From Prasinococcaceae sp. CCMP 1430 (lineage: Eukaryota; Plantae; Prasinodermophyta), in NCBI GenBank assembly GCA_013416795.1, contig RQSC01000554.1, positions 1 to 64,000 of the forward strand: a stretch of DNA of 64,000 nt, read 5' to 3'. The translations under genes and the position numbers were made by a program. The notes under the pieces are model-generated. The model did no database searches. It was not told the DNA's origin and saw nothing but the letters and a program-made list of their open reading frames with translations. Positions within the stretch are counted from its first letter, which is position 1, and every line of letters starts with the position of its first letter. Shown here piece after piece: positions 53,839 to 64,000 of this stretch.

Positions 53839-55688
53839 ATGGAGGGCGGCGCCCCGCCGCCGGTGGGCGGGGGCCAGGCGTGGGGGCAAGCACAGGCGCA
53901 GGGCGCCGACGGGGGCCAGCCGCGGCAGCAGGGCGACGCGGGGCAGGCGGTGTTTCAGCACGCGCCGGCCGAGCACGGCAGCAGCGCAGATGCCTTCGTG
54001 ACGCAGCTCAAACAGCTCCAGCAGCCGCCGCTGCAGCGGCAGCCGCAGCAGCAGGTGTCACCTGCGGTCCACGACACAGCTGTGACGGGGCCGGCGCGGC
54101 TGGCCCAGGCGCCAATGGAGGAAGGGGCGGGGCAAGCCGGCGTAGGCACAGTCGCTCGGGCGCGACATCACAGGCGTGCGATCAGCCTCGATGCCGCCGG
54201 CATCGCCGCGGCGATGGGGCGGCAGTCGCAGCCGCAGCCAACCGTGCGCGACCTTGTGCTCCAGAGGCAGGAGCTCGAGCCAATGCCCCGGCAGGACGGC
54301 GGGGCCGCGCAGATACAGGCGAACATTCAGGCGGCCATACAGCGGAGCCTCAAGTTGGCGACGGCGCAGCCGCAGCCATTCTCTGCTCCAGCGCACGCGT
54401 TCCAGCGGGGCGCTGCCTCTGGTGTAGCCCTCGGTGGAGGGAGTGCCTGGGCTGACCCGGGCGCGCCGAGCGCAGCGGGGCACATGCCTCTGCGGCCTCA
54501 GCACGGCCAGGATGCGCAACAGCAAGCCGTCGGCGGCGGCGATGTCGGACCCGGCCCGTCCAGCGATGCGAGCGCCGCCGTCAACGCCGGGATTCAGGCG
54601 CTCATGTTCGCGGACGGTGTGAAGGAGGTCAAGAAATTGGTTCAGAGCGGGAGCATCGACAATCTCATGGACTCGGTCACGGAGATCTCCGTGCCCGCGA
54701 CACACATGGCCGCTGCGCAGGAGCTCGGCCTTCCCCCGGACGAATCGTGCGCGATGAGCATCGTGCCTGAAGACTCGACAGTGTCGATGCAGGCGCAGCA
54801 GGGGGCGGCTGCGACGGCCGGCGAGGATGAGGCGCACACGGCCCTGCGTGCGAATGGCTGCGCCGGCGCCAGCGCGAGCGGCAAGAATGCGCGCAAGCAA
54901 GACTTTGCCGAGACGGCGCGCGCGCACCTTCCCAGGCACAAGCGCTCCAAGTCTCTCGACGCGAGCCAGCTCGGGTTGTCCGCACTGGCCAACGCGACCG
55001 CGCAAGCCACTGCGCGCATCGCCGCGCCAGGCATGAATACGAGCGCTTCCGCCAGCGGTCTCGCGGCCATCGCCGACGCGGACACTGCGCATGCAAGAGC
55101 AGACAGCGCGGCCGGCGCGGGAGGCGGCGGCGGCGCGCTCGGCGAGGGTGCGGCGACGGAGGCAGGCACGAGCGGCCAAGCTGCCAGCGGAGCAGCCGGT
55201 GCAAGTGGTGACGCCGACGCTGCGCTGGATCCGAAGACGGCAAAGCGCATCCTGGCCAACAGGCAGGCCGCCGCGCGTTCCAAGGAGCGCAAGACGCGCT
55301 ATGTCGCAGAGCTGGAGAAGCGAATGACGCATGCAGAGGCCAGCAGGGACAAGGTGGGGCGATGCGCGCGCCTGCGCCTGGGGCTGTCTGTGTGTGTGTG
55401 CGCGCGCGCGCGCGTCGGGCGCGGACCAGCCGCCTGGCACCACCGCGCTGACAATGGCATGCGCGCGCGGCCCCTGCGTAGAACATGACGGACCTTCGCG
55501 AGCTGAAGCAGGTGTCGGCATCCCTGGAAGACGAGAAAGCCAAGCTCGTCGCGGCCATACTCGACTGCGAGAACGCGATCGCGGCAAAGACTGGCGCCCA
55601 GCACCTCCTCGCGGCCGAGTCTGAGGCTTTGAAACAGCGCCTCGGGCTGCACCAGCTGTCGTCGCAAGTGCGCCCATCGCCGCAATGA
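53839..55688 (+). CDS. Group-I (VIP1/RF2a-like) bZIP transcription factor; intron 55354-55481
   Basis: LDPKTAKRILANRQAAARSKERKTRYVAELEKRM; leucine zipper continues in exon 2; HHRRAISLD and RHKRSKSLD motifs. Confidence 0.88.
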
Positions 55689-55797
55689 CTCCGTGCGGGC
55701 ACGCTCCCGGGCAAAGCCCCGCGCCTGCACAACGCACACACAGGACCTTCTGGCAGATCGGGTGGGTCCTCGCGTAAATAATATACATACGTAGATT

Positions 55798-57681
55798 TTA
55801 AGCACCAGGCTCGGCTGACCCCTCGGCGGTCGCCTTCGCCTCGCCTGTGCTCGAGCGTTTCTTGGCCTTGTCGCGCTTGTCGCGCTTGTCGCGCTTGTCG
55901 CGCTTGTCGCGCTTGTCGCGCTTGTCGCGCTTGTCGCGCTTGTCGCGCTTGTCGCGCTTGCCAACCTGCCGGTGGCCCTTCGCCGCGCGGCGCGCGTCCC
56001 TGAGCGCCTGCTTGTTGGGTTTGAGCTTTTCGTGCTTGTACGGCGCCAGCCTCTTCAGGCTGACGATCTGGTTGAGCTCCTTGTCGTCCAACCACAGGAT
56101 CTCCTCGGGGGTGAGGCCACCGTAGTCGGGCTGTACCTGCCTGTATCGGAAGCGAGTCTTGGTGTCTCCGATGACGTCCTCGAAGTGCATGGCGTCCATC
56201 TCTTTCTCGCCGCGCTCGTACGCCTCCGCCGCCGCCCCGGCCATCTCCACATCCTCGCCGCCGCCGCCGTCGCCGTAGTCCTCGTCCTCCTCCCCATAGT
56301 CGGGTATCTCGATGTCGTCCAGCTCCGCCTGCGACATGGGCCCCGCCGCGGCGCCCCCCTTGCCCGCGGGCTTGAAGCCCGCGTCCTTGGCGTCGTAGTA
56401 CTCGTCGCTGAATATGGCGGCCATCTTGCGGTCATGTTCCTCAGGGTCGAACTCGTCGTCGAGGTCGTCCGCACCAATGGCGCCCGCAGCGGCGGCACCC
56501 TCCTCCGCGCCCTCAGCACCGCCGTCCGGACGCGGGTCGAGCCCCGCGGTCTGGGCAATCTCCTTCAGCCTGCTCTCAATCTCCTTGCGCTTGAGCGCCT
56601 TGAGGCGTTTGAGCTCCTCGACGGCGTCGCGGCGCGCCTTGGATTTCTTCTCGGCCTTGCGCTCGCGCGCGGCCTTCCTACGCTCTTTCTTGGGGTCCTT
56701 GCGCACGGTGGCGTCCTGAGCGCGCGCGTGGCTGACGATGTTGGCGCCTCCGGGCTCCTCGAAGCGGAAGTTGTACGCCGCCTCGAACGCATCCGCCTGT
56801 TCGAGCTCGCGCTCGTCCTCGCTGTCGTCGCCGGCGAGGTCTGCAAGGCGCGGGCGCGAGGCCGCGCCGCCCGCCTCCTCCTGCTCCACCCAGCCCTTGT
56901 TGCTCAGATAGTCCTTGAGGAAGCGCTCCTGCGCGTTGAGCTCCTCTACCTTGCCGAAGTACGACGCCAGCAGCGCGTCGGCCTGCGCGGCGCTGTCCTT
57001 GCCCGAACCGAGCACCGCATTGTCGAAGCCCATGCCGCCACCGCCGCCGAAGGCGCCGAAGCCCGCGCCCCCGTCGCCGCCCTGCGCCTCGGGGCGTTCC
57101 GCGGCCTTGTTGAGCGTGAACATGTCGTCGTCATCGTCGCTGTCGCTGCCGCCGGCCGCGCCGCCGCCGAAGCCGCCCGCCGCACGGAGGAACGCGCCCT
57201 TGACGTTGCCCTGCTCCTCCACGTAGGTCGGGCCCGCGCCAGCGTCGCCCGCATCGTCCTCTGCGACTGCCGCCTCGGCGCCCTCCTCCAGCAAGCGCTT
57301 CGCCTGGTAGTCCTTCAGGTACACCGGTTTTTCCTTTTTGCCCTTTGCGGCGTCGGCAGCCTTGGGCTGCGGCGGCGTGAAGAGCTCCTCCTTCGAGCCC
57401 TTGCTGAAGAGCTTCGGGTCGCGGTTCTTGATGCGCAGCAGCGCGGCGGAGAACTCGGCGTCCGCCGAGGGGTCCATCGCGCCCTCATCCTCGGACTCGT
57501 CGTCGCTCGAGCTGTCGTCGTCCGCTTCGGCCGCGCGCTCGGCGAGCCGCAGCAGCTCCTTCTTGCGCTTGTGCTTCTCGAAGGCCTCCGCGTAGCCCGC
57601 GTTCACCACGAGGCCGGCGGCCTCGCCCCGCTCGTAGCCGCCATCGTCCAGCGCCTCGCCGAGCAGGTCCGCGCCGCCCAT
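55798..57681 (-). CDS. KRI1: KRI1 ribosome biogenesis factor
   Basis: KPVYLKDY, FLKDYLSNKGW, FEAAYNFRFEEPG, EELKRLKALKRKEI, FDPEEHDRKM..IF, RFRYRQV.P..GGLT.EEIL..DDKELNQ.VSLKRLAPY. Confidence 0.95.
   Translation of the reverse strand: MGGADLLGEALDDGGYERGEAAGLVVNAGYAEAFEKHKRKKELLRLAERAAEADDDSSSDDESEDEGAMDPSADAEFSAALLRIKNRDPKLFSKGSKEELFTPPQPKAADAAKGKKEKPVYLKDYQAKRLLEEGAEAAVAEDDAGDAGAGPTYVEEQGNVKGAFLRAAGGFGGGAAGGSDSDDDDDMFTLNKAAERPEAQGGDGGAGFGAFGGGGGMGFDNAVLGSGKDSAAQADALLASYFGKVEELNAQERFLKDYLSNKGWVEQEEAGGAASRPRLADLAGDDSEDERELEQADAFEAAYNFRFEEPGGANIVSHARAQDATVRKDPKKERRKAARERKAEKKSKARRDAVEELKRLKALKRKEIESRLKEIAQTAGLDPRPDGGAEGAEEGAAAAGAIGADDLDDEFDPEEHDRKMAAIFSDEYYDAKDAGFKPAGKGGAAAGPMSQAELDDIEIPDYGEEDEDYGDGGGGEDVEMAGAAAEAYERGEKEMDAMHFEDVIGDTKTRFRYRQVQPDYGGLTPEEILWLDDKELNQIVSLKRLAPYKHEKLKPNKQALRDARRAAKGHRQVGKRDKRDKRDKRDKRDKRDKRDKRDKRDKRDKAKKRSSTGEAKATAEGSAEPGA
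55868..55960 (-). repeat. 9-bp coding tandem repeat, (DKR) x ~10, in the KRI1 C-terminus
   Basis: cttgtcgcg units. Confidence 0.9.
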
Positions 57682-58933
57682 GGCAGCAGCAGGCGCGGAG
57701 TTGCGCCGCCGCGGCCGAAGCGGCCGGCCGCGGCCCTTGGGGCGGGGGGGCGCGCTCTGGTCCCGTCCCGCGACGGCGCGCGCGCGCCGGCGCGCCCAGC
57801 CGCCGGCCGGCGGCCCGGTGGCGGAAAACGCGCGCTCGCATCGCATCGCTTCCGCAAGAAACCATGCCGTTTTACATCCGACACGTCAACATTTCGCGGC
57901 GGGCTTTCCTGGGCGCATTTCGCAGCGTTGGCCGCACACTGCACCCGCCGGCCGCGGGGCGTTTCGCACCCGCGTCGCCGGCGCCAATTTCGCGGATATG
58001 CAGTCTTGCCGTACCGCGAATTTCCGACGGGCGGCGCGCATCCCGGCCCTCCGAAGGGGCGCGCGCCGCTTCGTTCGCGGCGCGGCCCGCCCGAGAGGCG
58101 CGGGTGATGAGCACCCCGCGCGCCGGCACGCGCGCGCGTGTACTGCGCGTGCGAGGGGAGAGGCGGCGGTGGACGTCTATGGAGACCGACGCACGCAAGC
58201 AGGCGTCGTGTACCGTGCCGGAGGGCGGGAGCGTGTGCCGTGTCGAGGGAACGTCGCTTGGGCCCACGACAGGTCGGGCCGCGCGTGCCGGCTGGCGGTA
58301 GTGCCGAGCAATGGCGGCGCCTGGAGGAGTTTGCCGACGAGCGTGCTCGGTAGTCCATCGATGCGGGCGCAGACCTGGGAACGTGCAGACGTCGCCGCCT
58401 GCCCGGCCCGCCTTGTTACGCACCGCGTATGCTCGAGCGCTCGATGGCGTGCACGAGCGGCGGCGCTGTCAAAGGCACTCGTGGGGTCGCTGAGTGCCGC
58501 CGCGCGGGGGCCGGGAGCAATCTGCGCGCGCGCGCCGGCGCGCATTTTTGTGTCGCCGCGCGATCGCATCAAATGCTGTAGTTGCCGCGGCTGCGCCTGC
58601 ACAGCACGGTGCGGCGGGCGGGCGGCCACACGGCGTGCGCGCGCGCGCCCCCCTTGCCGCGCGCGCCTCACCCGGGGGGTCGAGAGCTGGTCGGGCGGGC
58701 TGGCAAGGCCGCAGGCGGGGGAGAAGAGACAAGCGTGGGGAAGGGTGGGTTTGTGGGAGAGGAGCAGTGCGCAAAGCGCAAGCCACCGCGGTGCGCTCGC
58801 GCACTGCCCCGCTCTGCGCAAGCAGGCCGTGTCGCGCTGTAGCTCTGTGGGAGATGCATCGGAGCTAGGGCGCGCGCTCGGCTGCACGCAGAGTGGAGAA
58901 TAAGAGGGACAGGCGGTCGGCAGCGCCCGTGGC

Positions 58934-59380
58934 ATGCGTGCCGGTCGAGAGCACGCGATGAGGAAAAATTGGTCTGCTGTCGACGGCAGGTTGCGAGGGC
59001 GGCGTGGCCACGGCCGCCGCGCGCACAGAGTGCTGTTGCTGCTCGGTAGCTGTTTAGTAGCGGCGCTCGCGGTGCGAGCCCAGCCGAGCGCAGCGCCCAG
59101 CGAAGTCGCCACAGCGGCGGCTTACGACCCCGACGAGCAGCGCGACCGCGAGCTGCGAAAAGATGCGATCGAGAGCGGCAGCCTGAGCGTGAAGCTTGTG
59201 CCCGAGCGAGTCGATGGAGATGTTTCAGTGGCAGGCGGTGCACCCGTCGAAGAGCCAACGGACAGCATGCCGACCGACGTGCCGACGATCATCGTCACAC
59301 GCGCCCCACAGACGCCACCGCCAGAGCCAGAGCCTGAGCCCGAGCCTGAGCCGGAGCCGGAGCCCGAGCCGGAGCCCGAG

Positions 59381-59435
<55 letters not shown>

Positions 59436-60574
59436 CGGAGGCGACCAAGTCGACCGACGCACCCGTGGCGGCCCCCACGGCGCCTGAGCCAACTGAGCCA
59501 CCCGTTGCACCGCAGAAGGACACGCCCAAGTCGACTGACGCGCCCGTGGCGCCCCCCACGGCGCCTGAGCCAACGGAGCCGCCTGCGGAGCTGCAGACAG
59601 GCGCGCCCGCGGTGGCCCCGACGACACCCGAGCCAACGGAGCTGCCCGTTGCGCCGCACAACGAGGCACCCAAGTCGACAGACGCGCCCGTGGCGGCCCC
59701 GGCGACACCCGAGCAAACGGAAGCACCCGTTGCGCCGCAGAAGGACGCGCCCGAGTCGACGGACGCGCCTGTGGCACACACAACGGCGCCTGAGCCAACG
59801 GAGCCGCCCGCGGCACTGCAGACGGACGCACCCCAATCGACGGACGCGCCCGCGGCGCCCACGACGCAGCTACCTGCAGCATCTCCGACGGAGATGCCCC
59901 TGGCATCCCCGACGGAGGCGCCCGGCCTGACGGAGCTCCCCGTGGCGCCACCGACGCCGGCACCTGGTCCGATTGACCACCCAGTAGCATTTCAGACGAC
60001 GGTGCCCGACCCTCCGATCGAGACCCCCGTGGCACCTCCGAGTCAGACGGAGACACCCGAGCCAGCTGAAGACCTGCCACCGGCCCCGACGGAGGCGCCC
60101 GAGCCGGCGGAGCCCCCCGCGGCGCCCAAGACGGAAGTGCCCGGGCCAACGGAAGCGCCAGTGTCGCCCCCGACGGACGCACCCGCCCCTACGGAGAGCC
60201 CGAGCGGCGTGCCCGTGTGTGCTCCATGCACCTGCTCGCCAACTGCTGCCCCGACGACGTCTCCGACAGAGCAGCCCACCAAAGCCCCGACTGTCGGTGT
60301 GCCAACTGATGCACCGGTGGAGCCGGTGTCTCCCACTCGCCCGCCGAGGCGCCGGCCAGCATCGTCGAGTGGGCAGGACCTGGACGAGGACGATGAACCT
60401 ACGAGGAGAACTCGCAGGGCGAGGAGGAGGAGGACGAGCAAAGTGGAGAAGGGAGAGGAGGGGGAAGAGCGCGCCCGCGGCGACAAGGGGGGGCGACGAA
60501 GGAAAAAGCGTCATGGCAAGACCAGGAGGGCGAAGAGGCGAAGAATGCGCAACAGGCGAGATGCAGACGACTGA
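58934..60574 (+). CDS. Secreted/surface Pro-Thr-Glu-rich repeat protein
   Basis: Hydrophobic [18 protein letters not shown] segment; ~18 PE dipeptides; ~5 copies of a 27-aa repeat [27 protein letters not shown]; CAPCTCS; very basic C-terminus. Confidence 0.7.
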
Positions 60575-60850
60575 TGCCAGGGGCATCAGCCAGTGGCGAG
60601 AGGGCAACCATTCCTCTGACGCGTCGCATGTAATTGCAAAAGCCCAACACTGCATGCCCGCCGTCCTCGCCGCGCACGCGCAGGAACGGGACGTCGGCTG
60701 CCCCTCAACAATTGTGTGTGTGCGTGAGGGTGGGTGGGTCCTCCCCGTCTTACAGGCGCGCGGCGCGGCCAATGCGGCCGACGGCCGGTGCGCTCGGCGC
60801 GCGGGCTGTGATGGTATGAATGTCTCCCTCTGCGAGCGGCGCGATGGGCG

Positions 60851-62329
60851 TCAGTCGAAGCCCGCGCCGGTCCATCCAGCCTTGTCACCAGCTGTGGGCG
60901 TGCCCTCGTCGCTATCCTCCCAGCCCGCCCACCCGTCGTCGGCGGCCGCCGGCGTCTTTGAGGCCGCGGGCGTTGGCGCGGGCGCGGGCTCGGTGTTGCT
61001 CGTGCTGCTGCCCCATCCATCGCCGTCGTCAGCGTCTTCGTCGCCCCAATCGTCCCAGCCCTCAGCCTTGGCCTTGGCCCTGCCATTAATGGCGGCGGCG
61101 CCAGTGCTGGGCTTGGCCGATGCTCGTTGGGTCTTGGCCCACGATTCAAATGACGGCTGCGAGGCCGATCGCTCATGAAGGGCGGCGGCCGCGTTGGCGG
61201 CGGCGGGGAGCTCCGAGCGCCCCAGCACTGGCTGGCTGCCAGCGCGCTGCCCCATGCCCCCCCGCGACGCCGCGCTGCCGCCACCGCCCACGCTCGTGTT
61301 TATCGAGCCACTGCGCTGGTACTCCTCGGCCATCGCCTTGCCTTTCGCAGCGACGTTGCTCGCGAAGGATGTGAACGCGCCCCACCCCGACTTTGCCGCG
61401 GCGGCCGCCTTCTCGGCGGCCACCTTGCTCGCCTCCGTGGCACGGTTGGCCATCTGCTCGAGCTGATCCTTGTCGACGCCGAGGTCGCCCGACGACACCT
61501 TGGAGCTCACCTGCTCGAACGCGCCCGACGCCGCGCGGGCGCCCCCGAGGGCGACCGAGCTCAGGCCGCGCCCGAGCGACGAGAGGGTGTCCTCGATCCC
61601 GCCGCTGGAGCTCTTCGCCTGGCGCGGAGGAGGCGCCGATCCAAAGCCCACGTACTTGCCGCCCTGGGAAGGCGCCACGCCCTCGGGCCGCGCGGCGTTC
61701 TGCATCTGCTTGCGCGCAAAAAAGTCCTCCTTCTTGGCAGCGCTCGCCATCAGCTGCTCCTTCGTGTACGCGCCGCCGTCGCCGCCGAACTTGCCCGCCC
61801 CGCCGCCGCCGCCCTTGGCGCTGGGCGCGTCCCAGTCGTCGCCCCACCCGTCGTTGCTGGAGCCGCCGAACTTGCCCGCGCTCGCCGCGCCGCGCCGCGA
61901 CGGCGCCGCCGACGCGTTGCCGCCTCCGCCGAGGGTCTCCTTGAACGGCGCGGGCATCGCGAACGGCTGACCCTTTGACTCGGCGTCGATCTTCCGGCGG
62001 TATATCTCGGCTGCCTTGGAGTTGTACTTGAGCTTGATGTCAGCCGTCTTGTCGATGCCGTATTGCTTGAAGTGCGCGATCAGCTTGGCGTTGCCGCCAG
62101 CCTTCATCTTCGCCAGCTGCTGCTCGTTCCACGCGTCCATGCCGACGGAGCGCACGAAGGAGAGGTGCACGCCCAGCCCGCGGTGCACGCCGGAGCACTC
62201 GAGGCAGAAGAAGCACCCGTAGCTCACGCTCGCCCACTGGGGGTTGCGCGTCGGGCAGTCCACGCACACCTTGTTCTCCGGCCGTGACTGCAGCTCGCGG
62301 AGCACCGCCGCCGCCGCCGGCGACGCCAT
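60851..62329 (-). CDS. ADP-ribosylation factor GTPase-activating protein (ArfGAP1/Gcs1/AGD6-7 type)
   Basis: CVDC...[57 protein letters not shown]. Confidence 0.95.
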   Translation of the reverse strand: MASPAAAAVLRELQSRPENKVCVDCPTRNPQWASVSYGCFFCLECSGVHRGLGVHLSFVRSVGMDAWNEQQLAKMKAGGNAKLIAHFKQYGIDKTADIKLKYNSKAAEIYRRKIDAESKGQPFAMPAPFKETLGGGGNASAAPSRRGAASAGKFGGSSNDGWGDDWDAPSAKGGGGGAGKFGGDGGAYTKEQLMASAAKKEDFFARKQMQNAARPEGVAPSQGGKYVGFGSAPPPRQAKSSSGGIEDTLSSLGRGLSSVALGGARAASGAFEQVSSKVSSGDLGVDKDQLEQMANRATEASKVAAEKAAAAAKSGWGAFTSFASNVAAKGKAMAEEYQRSGSINTSVGGGGSAASRGGMGQRAGSQPVLGRSELPAAANAAAALHERSASQPSFESWAKTQRASAKPSTGAAAINGRAKAKAEGWDDWGDEDADDGDGWGSSTSNTEPAPAPTPAASKTPAAADDGWAGWEDSDEGTPTAGDKAGWTGAGFD

Positions 62330-63333
62330 CGCGCGCCGCCGGTCGCGCAGGCGCCGGCTGATCCCGCCCCCGGAGAGCAGCGCGCCGCCCGCGCCGCCGC
62401 CCCGGCCGTAGCGCAGCGGCGCACCCACCCCGTCCCTTGCCGACGATTCAATGCTCTCAATCGGATCGATGTCGATCGATCGCGCCGCGTATACCACACT
62501 CGAATTCCTCCATTCGGGTTTGCATTCGCGCGCCCTGGGCGCACGCCGGGGGTTCGGACGGATGGATGGATCTGGATCTGATCTGTGGCGCACATTCGTC
62601 GGGGCAGCGGGGAAGAGCCCGCTCGCTCGCCGCGCGGCCCCTCGGGCGCCGCGGCGGGCAGGTCGAAAGCGCATGCGCGCAGGCTAGGCATGGGCATGGG
62701 CGGTGAGGAACCCTACCTAGGTACCTGAAACACAACTTTTTGATCCAATTGGGGACGTGGTGGTGGAGCGGGAATAAAACCTAAACTCTCGCAACGTGCG
62801 CGCGGGGCCACCGAGATTCCGTCCGTGGATGTTCGTCTAGGATGGCCGAGTGCTCTCATCGAATCGTGCATGGAATTTGCGAGGTGGAGGTGGAACTTCG
62901 CGGCGGTGTCCCTCGCCTGGCGGATGTTCGCCCAGGATTGGACGTTTTTCGCCGGCCGCGCTGCTCCCGGCCAGCCGCTCGGTCGGTTGTTGGCGCCGCT
63001 CGTTCGGAACGACTGCGGTTGTTCGCGAGCGACGGCGCAGTGCGCGGGGCGCCGGGCGGGGGCCGAGGGCGCTCGCGCACAGCGGGGGGGCGCCACACCG
63101 CGCAACGCGGCGCGGCCCGAGCGGCCTCTCTCTCTCTTTCTCTTCCTCTCCTCCCCCCCAACGCACCCTTTCCCCTCGTCGCCCAACCAGGAGGGACCAG
63201 CGCCCGCCCTCCCCCCGGTCGTCGAGGTGAGGGCGACGGCGCGGCGGCGGGCCTTCGGCCCGGCCGCCGCCGGCATGCACACGGCATGCACGCGCGCGGC
63301 GGCGGGGCGGGCGGCGCGGCGGCGGGGCAGAAC

Positions 63334-64000
63334 ATGTCGCTGGACGTGCCACTGCTCGGGAAGATCACGCTGGCGGAGGAGGCGGAGTTCATGGTGTGCG
63401 TGGTGGGGATCATGTCGAGCCTGGTGGTGTACGGCCTCATGCAGGAGCGCATCGTGAGGCACCCGTACGCTGCGCCCGGCAGCGACGCCGCGGAGTTCTT
63501 CAACAGCTCGCTCTTCCTTGTGTTCTGCAACCGCATTTTCACGTGCGCGAGCGCGGCCGTGTGGTCCAAGGCCAAGGGGCAGCCTCTCGCGCCTGCGTGC
63601 CCGCTGTACAAGTACGGCTCCATCTCGCTCAGCAACGTGGTCGCGACAACTTGCCAGTATGAGGCGCTCAAGTTCGTGTCGTTCCCCGTGCAGACGCTGG
63701 CAAAGTGCGCCAAGATGATGCCCGTGCTGGTGTGGGGGACCCTCATGAGTGGCAAGCGATACAAGGTAAAGCCCTCGCTCGCGCGCATGCGCGGGCCGCG
63801 CACGGCACATCTTGCAAAGCGCTCACTCGGCGCGCTCGCTCACCTCCTCTCTCGCCCCCTCCCCTCCCTTTCGCCCCGCTCCGCCTCGCAGGTGTCCGAC
63901 TACGCAGCAGCAGCGGCGGTCACTTTGTCCTGCACGTTCTTCTTGCTAGAGAGCGCGGGCGACAACGACGCAGGGAACGTGCGGCCGAACGTTGGCGCCA
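63334..64000 (+). CDS. Nucleotide-sugar/PAPS transporter (SLC35B2/UTR5-like), 5' part; intron 63766-63891
   Basis: YGLMQERI..PY, FLVFCNR, SLSNVVATTCQYEALKFVSFPVQTLAKCAKMMPVLVWG; runs off the window end. Confidence 0.92.
   Translation, partial: MSLDVPLLGKITLAEEAEFMVCVVGIMSSLVVYGLMQERIVRHPYAAPGSDAAEFFNSSLFLVFCNRIFTCASAAVWSKAKGQPLAPACPLYKYGSISLSNVVATTCQYEALKFVSFPVQTLAKCAKMMPVLVWGTLMSGKRYKVKPSLARMRGPRTAHLAKRSLGALAHLLSRPLPSLSPRSASQVSDYAAAAAVTLSCTFFLLESAGDNDAGNVRPNVGA

Noticed and set aside
157-63810. The many Arg/Ala/Pro-rich ORFs in the six-frame track overlapping real genes
   Set aside because: They are shadow ORFs expected at ~70% GC, antisense or out of frame to recognisable genes.
65-64000. 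Introner-like repeated introns
   Set aside because: The introns share only generic GTGCG donors, GCTGAC branch points and microsatellites; no extended sequence identity is visible.

Overview
A GC-rich (~70%) eukaryotic nuclear window with short GT-AG introns, TGTAA poly(A) signals and plastid-type transit peptides. It is most consistent with a prasinophyte-grade green alga (inference). Clear housekeeping genes are RMC1/Mic1, organellar TyrRS, bystin, an HGH1 fragment, a kinesin, an SLP phosphatase, a RavA-like AAA+ ATPase, NAGK, UTP25, a group-I bZIP, KRI1, an ArfGAP and a nucleotide-sugar/PAPS transporter. The most unusual features are: a 2xLysM + i-type-lysozyme-like hydrolase; a 22-repeat, highly homogeneous WD40 array with hypervariable surface positions; a tRNA-Leu(AAG) with a non-canonical 30/31 intron in a BHB/BHL-like motif; a NOX/FRE oxidoreductase with an EF-hand-like insert in its NADPH domain; a 651-bp TA-flanked MITE; a possible Helitron 3' end; and a higher-order TTAGGG-containing minisatellite. 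The assembly is visibly imperfect. It has four N gaps, single-N joins, a 1,076-bp exact duplication, truncated gene fragments and three short bacterial-looking coding splinters (Pat/acyl-CoA synthetase, CysT, polyol-binding protein), so junction-spanning interpretations need read-level checks. All family assignments come from motif recognition by eye; no database searches were run.
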